Below, piece by piece: positions 1 to 7,804 of a DNA stretch of 25,321 nucleotides. Below the pieces are notes generated by a model. That model did not search any database. It saw nothing but the letters and a program-made list of their open reading frames with translations, and was not told the DNA's origin. Each line of letters begins with the position of its first letter. The stretch's first letter is position 1. Source of the stretch: Candidatus Jordarchaeia archaeon (lineage in GTDB: Archaea > Asgardarchaeota > Jordiarchaeia > Jordiarchaeales > Jordiarchaeaceae); NCBI GenBank assembly GCA_029856435.1, contig JAHQXB010000172.1, forward strand, positions 1-25,321, given 5' to 3'. The position numbers and the translations under genes were made by a program.

Positions 1-147
1 GTAAACACCCAGAACAACCTCTCAAACCGAGTCTACGAACAGGAACGCCGACCCCGCCCCAGATACGGCGGAGGCGAACGCCCACCATACTCCGGAAAAC
101 CATTCCGAAGAGACAGAAGCGGTAGTAGAAACAGCAAAAGAAGGTAG
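1..147 (+). CDS. 3' end of a gene entering from the left; Arg/Gly/Ser-rich low-complexity tail (resembles DEAD-box RNA helicase tails, unconfirmed)
   Basis: Frame 1 is open from base 1 to TAG 145-147: VNTQNNLSNRVYEQERRPRPRYGGGERPPYSGKPFRRDRSGSRNSKRR*. It is followed by T-runs. Product identity is a guess from composition only. Confidence 0.55.
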   Translation, partial: VNTQNNLSNRVYEQERRPRPRYGGGERPPYSGKPFRRDRSGSRNSKRR

Positions 148-158
148 ATGTAAGTTAC

Positions 159-176
159 TTTTTCTCATCTTTTTTT
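159..176 (+). terminator. Probable archaeal oligo-T terminator
   Basis: T5 (159-163) and T7 (170-176) lie just after the stop at 147. Confidence 0.45.
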
Positions 177-331
177 GACACAATTTTTGGGGATACGCCT
201 CCTATTTAAATACAGAATTTTCACTAAGCTACAATAATAATTTTAGCAGATATAGCTGAGTTTACCTTGAGAAACTTCGATTCCAGAAAAAATGTTCTTC
301 CAACCGCAGAATAAAATCACTCTGAGTTTAT

Positions 332-574
332 TTATTCCAGAAGATTTAACTTATTCCTCTCGGCATACTCTTTTGCTTCTTTTTCGTTCTCAAATATTTT
401 TAAGAGGTCATATTCGCAAAATTTTTTCTTTCCATTCACATAAATATCGATCATTGGTCGAGTTATTTCCCCCGGCTCAAGATGGACTTTCAACAGGCAT
501 ATTTTCACTTCTTTTTCCATAATTCTACACTTTTCGCATCTCAGCGGGCCACGCGCACAGTGAGGAACACTCAT
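332..574 (-). CDS. Small hypothetical protein with an N-terminal His/Cys cluster (possible metal binding)
   Basis: 80-aa ATG ORF with natural Lys/Glu-rich composition and HCARGPLRCEKC at the N-terminus. The overlapping + ORF at 292-522 looks like its shadow. Confidence 0.6.
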   Translation of the reverse strand: MSVPHCARGPLRCEKCRIMEKEVKICLLKVHLEPGEITRPMIDIYVNGKKKFCEYDLLKIFENEKEAKEYAERNKLNLLE

Positions 575-832
575 TTTTCTAATGACATAAATTGATTATT
601 TTGAATTGGAGTCACACACATTGAGACCTCCAACAATAATTGAAAACGTTGAAAAATAAATAACCAGTATAAAATATTAATTTTACCAAAAAGTGCTATG
701 CAAAAGTCTCAGAGGCTAAGCTGTTCAAACATCCAAAACTAATAAGTCATTGGCGTGTTGTGAAATCAAAAAATAAACACTAAAAATCATATAACTGGTA
801 AATGATTACCATAGTTTTAGATTACTACCAGC

Positions 833-2162
833 ATGAGTCTAATCGGGGGCAATTAATACGACAAAAAGTGCTGCTGACTACAATGATAGTGGAACCAAAT
901 GGCTGGGTAAGGGGAGCTACTCCCGGGCATTAGAGGATTTTAACCAAGCCATAAAGCTCGACCCCAAATACGCACAAGCCTACTATAATAGGGGTTGCGT
1001 TTGGTACATTAGAGGGGATCTTGAAAAAGCTTTAGAGGATTTTAACCAAGCTATAAAGCTCGACCCCAAATACGCACAAGCTTATTTTGAACGCGGCAAT
1101 GTTTGGATGAAAATGAGAGAACTCGATAGCGCAATGGGGGATTACACTCAAGCTATAGAGATTGACCCCAACAACGCACAAGCGTTTAATAATCGTGGTC
1201 TGGCTTGGAAATTAAAGGGGGAGCTGGATAAGGCAATAGAGGACTTTACGAGAGCCATTGAACTAAACCCCAGTTTTGCAGATGCTTACTATAATCGTGG
1301 CCAAGCCTACCACGCAAAGTTAGAACTTGATAGGGCAATAGAGGATTACAGTCAAGCTGTTAAATTATATCCCGATTTCGCCAACGCCTATTATTTCCGG
1401 GGGCTCCTGCATTTTATTAAGGAGGAACATAAAAAGGCGGTAGTAGATTATTCCCGTGCCATCGATCTCAACTCAAATCTTGTTAAAGAATGTTATGACC
1501 ATCCACTTTACCGGGGAATTTCATATTACGCCAAAAAAAATCTCGACCAAGCCATAAAAGAGTTCAGTAGAGCTATAGAACTGAAGCCCAGACTCGCAAT
1601 CACATATAATAGAAGAGGACTGGCTTGGTATTATAAAGACGATTTTGAAAGAGCCATAGAGGACTATACCCGTGCAATAGAACTCGAACCTGACGAGCCA
1701 GAATTCTATTTTAACCGGGCTCTGGCATGGGAGGATAAGGGAGAAATAGACAAAGCCATAGATGACTACAATACCATCATTAGACTCGACCCGAACTACG
1801 TTGAAGCATACAACAATCGTGGACTCATCTATTATTATAAAGGGGAATATGATAAGGCAATAGAGGACTTTACTCACACAATAGAATTGCTTCCTAAATA
1901 TGTGTTTGCATACCATTTCCGCGGATTAACCTGGAGAAAAAAGGGAGAACTTGATAAAGCCATAGCAGACCTCACACACGCCATAGCACTCGACCCCGAA
2001 GACGAAACTATTTACAACAGTCGCGGACTCATATGGGAGGAGAAAGGGGAACACGCCAGGGCTTTAAAAGACTTCACTCGGGCTTTAGAGCTTAACCCCA
2101 AATTCGAAGAAGCGGCCACAAATCTAAACCGCATCACTAAAAAATGGGTGAATAAGATATAG
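833..2162 (+). CDS. Tetratricopeptide-repeat-only protein (~12-13 TPRs); true start probably upstream of 1107, with a 1-nt frameshift at G5 845-849
   Basis: ORF 1107-2162 is tandem 34-aa TPRs (A..YYNRG..Y...G..D.AI.DF..AI.L.P). The same frame is open and TPR-coding from 843 (SAADYNDSGTKWLGKGSYSRALEDFNQAIKLDPKYAQAYYNRG...). ATG 833 joins this frame only if one G of GGGGG is removed. Confidence 0.9.
931..1081 (+). repeat. Near-identical ~50-bp direct repeat at 102-bp spacing (recent TPR unit duplication)
   Basis: TAGAGGATTTTAACCAAGC(C/T)ATAAAGCTCGACCCCAAATACGCACAAGC at 931 and 1033. The spacing of 102 nt equals one 34-aa TPR. Confidence 0.85.
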
Positions 2163-2287
2163 GAGTGCAAGATCCCAGTTAAAGGATAAGCTAAGTGCGG
2201 ATAAGCGATTCTTCTTCCCGCCTTATTAATGGCAATGCGGTGCGATTCTTCCCCACACACCTTCTACTTAGTGTATTATTTGCTAAA

Positions 2288-2305
2288 ACCAAAAGAATAT
2301 ATATA
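2288..2305 (+). promoter_or_regulatory. Candidate BRE + TATA for pncB-nrtR
   Basis: Purine-rich ACCAAAAGAA followed by TATATATA (2298-2305). SD GAGGTG at 2356-2361 lies 5 nt before ATG 2367. A second TATA-like TTTAAATA is at 2338-2345. Confidence 0.5.
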
Positions 2306-2309
2306 CCAA

Positions 2310-2328
2310 TAGTGTAAAATGTACACTA
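2310..2328. promoter_or_regulatory. Candidate NrtR operator palindrome TAGTGTA-AAATG-TACACTA
   Basis: Perfect 7-bp arms with a GT-N7-AC core (GT 2314-15, AC 2323-24), the core described for bacterial NrtR boxes. Extra half-sites CTTAGTGTA at 2267-2275 and TACACTAAG at 2348-2356. It lies directly upstream of an operon encoding NrtR. Confidence 0.75.
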
Positions 2329-2366
2329 AGTTGTGAATTTAAATAAATACACTAAGAGGTGTAGAG

Positions 2367-3527
2367 ATGGGAAGACAAAGAAAAACCGAGTTCGAGTTCC
2401 CACCAAGACACGAACCACATACAGACAAGTACTTTTTGAGAAGCGCAGAAATACTAAGAAAAGAGGGAATAAACCCCTTTGTAAGGTACCAGATTTTCAT
2501 AAGGAAAGGCCCCGGCATAACTGGCGGCATAGATGAAGCGATAGCGGCAATTATGAAGTACAGCCCCAAACTGGCAGAGCATGGTGGAAGAATTTTTGCC
2601 CTTCATGATGGAGTTCGATACGAGCCCGAAGAAACCCTAATGCTCCTTGAAGGCCCCATTCTAGATTTAATCGAGTTAGAGACCATGTATCTCTCTATAC
2701 TATCAGATAGGACCGGAAGAGCAAACGGTGAGCCAGAGCCAGATCTAGAAAAAATTAGGGCAAACGTTAGAGAAGTAGTTGAATTAATAAATAAGAGTAA
2801 GTTTGGCCCCAGACACTTGTCCTATTTTGGAGCCAGACACTATGGGTACGAGTGGGATGCTAAAATTGCCAGAGTCGCCTACGAAGCGGGAGCAACGTCC
2901 ACCTCAACAGATATTGGTGCAGCCACTTTTGGGCAGAAGGGAGTTGGCACAGTGCCTCACGCCTTAGTTCTGGCCGTAGCCTCAAAGTATGGTGAAGAGG
3001 ATTCTGCTGTGGAAACCATGAAGGCCTTCCACAAGCACATGCCCAAAGATGTTCCAAGAATTTTTCTGGCAGATACATTCAATAGAGAAATCACTGACAC
3101 CCTAAAAGTCGCAGAGGAGTTGGGAGACGATTTCTGGGGACCGAGATTTGACACAAATGGAGCAGTTATAGCCGAGGGGGGCGTGCCTTTTGACGGAAGA
3201 AAATATTGGACGGGAACAGGGGTAACTGTTGAGGCCGTTGCCGCCGCCAGACGAGCATTTAACGATGAAGGGTACCCCAATTTGAAAATAGCGCTTTCAA
3301 GCGGATTTAGCAACCCCAAAAAGGTTGAAGCATTTATACTCGGCGAGCAAAGATATGATTTGAAACTTTTCGATTTTATAGGCGCCGGCTTCGCAGACGA
3401 CCGCTACGTTGCCACCTCGGATATTATGGGCTACTTCGTTGATGATGAATTTATAACCCTCCACAAGGCGGGCAGACCTTACCGACCCAATCCCAGACTG
3501 GAAAAGGTGGATCTGAGTGTCTACTGA
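2367..3527 (+). CDS. pncB: Nicotinate phosphoribosyltransferase family protein (NAD salvage)
   Basis: TDKYF N-terminal motif, FGARH, ATSTS, GTVPHAL (phospho-His motif), LADTFN, RFDT and LSSGF, all typical of type II PRTases of the NAPRTase family. Adjacent to nrtR. Nicotinate versus nicotinamide specificity is not established. Confidence 0.8.
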   Translation: MGRQRKTEFEFPPRHEPHTDKYFLRSAEILRKEGINPFVRYQIFIRKGPGITGGIDEAIAAIMKYSPKLAEHGGRIFALHDGVRYEPEETLMLLEGPILDLIELETMYLSILSDRTGRANGEPEPDLEKIRANVREVVELINKSKFGPRHLSYFGARHYGYEWDAKIARVAYEAGATSTSTDIGAATFGQKGVGTVPHALVLAVASKYGEEDSAVETMKAFHKHMPKDVPRIFLADTFNREITDTLKVAEELGDDFWGPRFDTNGAVIAEGGVPFDGRKYWTGTGVTVEAVAAARRAFNDEGYPNLKIALSSGFSNPKKVEAFILGEQRYDLKLFDFIGAGFADDRYVATSDIMGYFVDDEFITLHKAGRPYRPNPRLEKVDLSVY

Positions 3528-4206
3528 TACGGCTCAGTTGGAAAAATCGGAAGTATTTGTCTCGGTGGAAGTGTGCATATTCACAATAAAAGACAACAAT
3601 TTGAAGGTGCTACTAAATAGAAGCGGTGGCTCGCCCGATGGGGAGGTTTGGGCACTCCCCGGAGACTTTTTAAAAAAGGAGGAATCCCTAGAAGAGGCCT
3701 CACTAAGGGTTTTGAAAGAGAAGGGGGGAATTTTTGAAAACTTTTACTGGGAGCAACTCTATACCTATGGGGAGATGGTGGGAGACTCCAGAGGTAGAGT
3801 TATAACAGTTGCCTATTTTGCCTTAGTGTATCCTGGAAAAATTACTATTAGTGAAAACGCAGCTTGGCACTCAGTTTATGAACTCCCAACATTGGCCTTA
3901 GGTCAAGAGAGGATAATTAGATACGCCCATCAGAGACTAAAAAATAAACTAGAGTATACTGCAGTAGCATTAGAGGTTCTTCCCCAATTTTTCACCCTTA
4001 CTGAACTCCAGAGCGTCTACGAGATAGTTCTGGGAGAAAAACTGGACAAGAGAAATTTCAGAAAGAAAATATTCTCTATGGGAATAGTTGAACCAACAGA
4101 GAAATACAAATTCGGCGTCCACCGCCCCGCGAGACTATACACCTTCAAAAAGGATAATAAGAGAAAAAAGGTACCCGGATTCAGGTGGACGAAATTAGAA
4201 ACATAA
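3517..4206 (+). CDS. nrtR: NrtR-family Nudix/winged-helix transcriptional regulator
   Basis: N-terminal Nudix fold (WALPGDFLKKEESLEEASLRVLKEKGG; EQLYTYG; RGRVITVAYFALV) plus C-terminal wHTH (FTLTELQSVYEIVLGEKLDKRNFRKKI...HRPARLY). GTG start overlaps the pncB stop; SD AGGTGG at 3505-3510. Confidence 0.9.
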   Translation: MSTDTAQLEKSEVFVSVEVCIFTIKDNNLKVLLNRSGGSPDGEVWALPGDFLKKEESLEEASLRVLKEKGGIFENFYWEQLYTYGEMVGDSRGRVITVAYFALVYPGKITISENAAWHSVYELPTLALGQERIIRYAHQRLKNKLEYTAVALEVLPQFFTLTELQSVYEIVLGEKLDKRNFRKKIFSMGIVEPTEKYKFGVHRPARLYTFKKDNKRKKVPGFRWTKLET

Positions 4207-4317
4207 ATCATTGTTAAAAAGCCTCCACAAAACGGTTCTCTGAGAAAATTTTTGACCAACTTTTATAAATGTGGTTGGGCAAGTTTTACCAAGCAGTGGC
4301 GAATACTGGTGGTTAAA

Positions 4318-5793
4318 ATGGCATTAAAGACTGGCAAGGAGTATATTGAGAGTTTAAGGAAAAGAAAACTTGTTGTTTACTTGTTGGGCGAAAAGGTGGA
4401 GAACCCAGTTGACCACCCAATTATACGGCCCTCCATAAATTCCCTCTCTGTTACTTATGATGTGGCAAACGACCCCAGATATAAGGATTTGGCAACCGCC
4501 ACTTCCCACATCACAGGAGAAAGAATCAATCGCTTCACTCATATCCACCAGAGTACTGATGATTTGGTAAAAAAGGTGAAGCTGCTAAGACTGCTGGGTG
4601 GAAAAACTGGCACATGTTTTCAGCGATGCGTCGGTATGGATGCCCTCAACGCTCTCTCAATAGTTACCTTTGAAATGGACCAGAAGCTGGGAACAGATTA
4701 TTACCAGAGATTTCTGGAATATTTAAAATATGTTCAAGGAAATGACTTTGTGTGTTGCGGTGCCATGACGGATCCCAAGGGGGATAGAAGCCTGAGACCC
4801 AGCCAACAGGAGGATCCCGACCTTTATCTCCGGATTGTTGAGAGAAGAGAAGATGGCATTGTGGTTAGGGGAGCAAAGATGCATCAAACTGGTGCGGTGA
4901 ACTCCCACGAAGTTATTGTTATGCCCACAAGAACAATGCGTGAAGATGATAAGGATTATGCAGTCTCATTTGCGATCCCCAGCGATGCCCAAGGACTAAT
5001 ATACATATACGGCAGGCAGTCATGCGACACAAGGAAACTCGAGGACGTGGAATTCGATACGGGAAACATTCGCTACGGAGGCCAAGAAGCAATGATAATC
5101 TTCGATGATGTCTTTGTTCCCTGGGAGAGGGTCTTTATGTGTGGGGAGTATCAGTTTGCATGGCCACTGGTTGACAATTTCTCGGCATATCACAGGCAAA
5201 GCTACGGAGGGTGTAAATCCGGTGTGGGGGACGTACTGATAGGCGCAGCAGCCACCATAGCTGAGTATAACGGGGTGGCTGACTCTTCAAGTGTTAGGGA
5301 TAAAATTGTGGAAATGAATCACCTCAACGAAACCATATATTCCTGCGGAATTGCATGTTCATCCGAGGGAACAAAAACCCCCTCGGGAACCTATCTGGTC
5401 AATATTTTACTGGCGAATATTTGCAAGCATAACGTAACTAGGTTCCCCTACGAGATTGTCAGGCTGGCAGAAGACATTGCAGGCGGCATACTGGTAACCG
5501 CCCCCTCAGAGAAGGACTTCAAAAATCCAGAAATTGGAAAGTACGTAGAAAAATATCTAAAGGGTGTGAGCAAAGTTCCCACAGAGTATAGGCTACGCAT
5601 ACTAAGACTCATAGAGAATATTTCCATGGGACTGGGATCCGTGGGCTACAGAACCGAATCTATGCATGGAGCAGGCTCACCACAATCTCAGAGAATCATG
5701 ATTGAGAGAGGAGTAGACATGGAGCACAAAAAGAAACTCGCCAAAATCATTGCAGGAATAGAAAAAGAAGAGTTAGCAGAAATCAAAAAATAG
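4318..5793 (+). CDS. abfD: 4-hydroxybutyryl-CoA dehydratase / vinylacetyl-CoA isomerase (HpaB-like flavoprotein fold)
   Basis: TGTCFQRCVGMDA, HRQSYGGCK (the [4Fe-4S] ligand motifs), GAMTDPKGDRS, RGAKMHQTG and SMHGAGSPQ. Start moved to ATG 4318 (SD GGTGG ~4308-4312; TATA TTTTATAAAT at 4261). Confidence 0.88.
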   Translation: MALKTGKEYIESLRKRKLVVYLLGEKVENPVDHPIIRPSINSLSVTYDVANDPRYKDLATATSHITGERINRFTHIHQSTDDLVKKVKLLRLLGGKTGTCFQRCVGMDALNALSIVTFEMDQKLGTDYYQRFLEYLKYVQGNDFVCCGAMTDPKGDRSLRPSQQEDPDLYLRIVERREDGIVVRGAKMHQTGAVNSHEVIVMPTRTMREDDKDYAVSFAIPSDAQGLIYIYGRQSCDTRKLEDVEFDTGNIRYGGQEAMIIFDDVFVPWERVFMCGEYQFAWPLVDNFSAYHRQSYGGCKSGVGDVLIGAAATIAEYNGVADSSSVRDKIVEMNHLNETIYSCGIACSSEGTKTPSGTYLVNILLANICKHNVTRFPYEIVRLAEDIAGGILVTAPSEKDFKNPEIGKYVEKYLKGVSKVPTEYRLRILRLIENISMGLGSVGYRTESMHGAGSPQSQRIMIERGVDMEHKKKLAKIIAGIEKEELAEIKK

Positions 5794-5966
5794 CCCCCCC
5801 ACTCCTTATTCCGCTACAAGACAGAGCCACAGGCAACTAGTTATAGAAACATTTTGCACACTACACTGCTTGGTCTCCATTTCTTAACCCTATCTAAACA
5901 TGTCCACTACTCCTGGAGCGTTGAATGACTTCAAAAAGTTTGTAGAAGAAGCGGAGCCCAATTTTT

Positions 5967-7538
5967 TCATACGTGAATTTTCACATTTATGTACTTGCAG
6001 ATTTTTTTGTGGCATTCGTAGAGTTTTTCGAACTGAGCAAAAAGCTTGTCATATAGGGTAACGTTTTCTGGCTTCGGCTTAAAGACTCTGGTTACCTTGA
6101 CCAGCTTAGCTGCGGTTGGAAAGTCCTTGTGTATTCCCAAACCCACAGTAGCAATCATAGCCGCCCCTCTCACACCAACTTCCCTCGGATTTATAAGTTG
6201 CCTCACCTCCCTATTAAGGACATCGGCTATTATCTGGCCCCATGTTTCCCTCAATGCTCCGCCTCCCACAAAGTTAACCCAATTTGCAGTCCCTATTTTT
6301 TTCTCCATACATCGAAACGCCCAGCGGATATTAAACGCCACACCCTCCATAACTGCTCTAACCATGTGGTCTCGGTTGTGTTCAAGGCTCAAGTTGTGGA
6401 ATCCTCCACGTATGGTGTCATCGTCCATAGGGGTTTTCTCTCCGGATAGCCAAGGGGTGAAAATGAGTCCCTCAGAACCCGCGGGAATGTTGCTCGCAGC
6501 CTTGTCCAATAAGTCGTAAACCTTTTCTCCCAACTCCTCCGCTGAACTCTTGTACACTTCATTCTTCACCCAATCTAAACATGTCCCCGCAGTTTCCTGC
6601 TCTCCTGTGTATAGGTACATGTTGGGAATAGCGCTGCACACGCTTCCCATATAGTGGGAGATATCTACCTTTCTATGCTTTGTATGGGTGCCCATAAAGT
6701 CGCTTGTGCCGATGTAAATGAAGTATTCCTTTTCTTTAACTGCGGCGGAGCCCACAGCCACTGCTGCTACGTCGCCTGAACCAACGATAACTGGTGTTCC
6801 CTCTTTTAGATTTAGTTCCTCGGCTGCCCTTTTTGTGAGTTTACCTGCGACATCGGTTGAAGCTTTTATTTCGGGTAGTTTTTCTTTGTCTATTCCATAC
6901 TTTTTGAGGATTGTTTCCGACCAGTAATGTTTTCCTAGGCGGGTGTCCATCATCCAGGTGAGGTGGGCGTCGAATTTACTCATCACTGTTTGGCCAGTCA
7001 TTTTGAAAATTATGAAGCCGTTAGTATCCACAAACTTGTATGTATCTCGAAGAATATCTGGCATGTTCTCCTTAAGCCACAGAATCCTTGGTATATGATC
7101 TTTCCCAGCAAGTCCTGGTCCTCCTCCAGTTATCCTCAGGAATGTGAGGAGTGAGAAAAGGTTGTAGCCACCTATTTTTAGGAGTCCTCCACCGACCACC
7201 TTTTTCGCTTGATCGGCAGCTCTAGCATCCATCCAGCTTAGAGACCTCATCAAGGGCTCTCCGTCCTTATTTATTAGGACAGTGCTCAGGGCTTGCCCAC
7301 CAAAGGTTATTCCCACAATTTTGGAGGGGTCCACACTTTTCTCCTTCACCAATCGATTCGTAGTTTTAACAACCGCATTCCACCAATCGAGGGGATCCTG
7401 TTCCACGTAGCCCTTTTTTGGAAAGTAGATGGGATACCTATCAATCTCAGTATCCAGTATGTTAAACTTGGTATCTACCAAACTCGTCTTAATATAGCTG
7501 GTACCAATATCAAATGAGAGAATCAACTTATCAGACAA
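5967..7538 (-). CDS. FGGY-family carbohydrate kinase (xylulokinase-like)
   Basis: FDIGTSYIKT, EQDPLDWW, LSWMDARA, GSGDVAA, IGTSDF, FTPWLSGEKTP, RAVMEGVAF and VGGGA. Start moved to TTG 7538 with SD GGGTGG 5 nt upstream. Confidence 0.9.
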   Translation of the reverse strand: MSDKLILSFDIGTSYIKTSLVDTKFNILDTEIDRYPIYFPKKGYVEQDPLDWWNAVVKTTNRLVKEKSVDPSKIVGITFGGQALSTVLINKDGEPLMRSLSWMDARAADQAKKVVGGGLLKIGGYNLFSLLTFLRITGGGPGLAGKDHIPRILWLKENMPDILRDTYKFVDTNGFIIFKMTGQTVMSKFDAHLTWMMDTRLGKHYWSETILKKYGIDKEKLPEIKASTDVAGKLTKRAAEELNLKEGTPVIVGSGDVAAVAVGSAAVKEKEYFIYIGTSDFMGTHTKHRKVDISHYMGSVCSAIPNMYLYTGEQETAGTCLDWVKNEVYKSSAEELGEKVYDLLDKAASNIPAGSEGLIFTPWLSGEKTPMDDDTIRGGFHNLSLEHNRDHMVRAVMEGVAFNIRWAFRCMEKKIGTANWVNFVGGGALRETWGQIIADVLNREVRQLINPREVGVRGAAMIATVGLGIHKDFPTAAKLVKVTRVFKPKPENVTLYDKLFAQFEKLYECHKKICKYINVKIHV

Positions 7539-7804
7539 GTAAACCACCCAAATACATAAAACTATGAAACTTACATAAACGCTTTTCCCCCAAAAAAGGT
7601 AAACAACACTGAAAAGTGTTCCAAGCACGTTAGCGGAGCCACCCAGAATTAACCGGCATGAACCATGCAGGAACTTTTTGAGAATTTTGAAAAAGGAGAA
7701 GGGGGAAATCTTTAAACCAAAATCTCGGAGGGTATTCGGTTTTACCTACACTTCTTTCCAGACAAGCAGGTTCACTGCCCTAATGTTTTCAAGTGGTAAT
7801 TGTT

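Noticed and set aside
796-811. Palindrome TGGTAA-ATGA-TTACCA upstream of the TPR gene (similar short ones at 4236-4246 and ~7656-7668)
   Set aside because: Short arms, single occurrences and no cognate regulator nearby; compatible with chance.
931-2100. Regularly spaced repeats as a CRISPR array or DGR template/variable pair
   Set aside because: The 102-nt period equals a TPR unit inside a coding frame. Mismatches are not adenine-specific and no reverse transcriptase is present.
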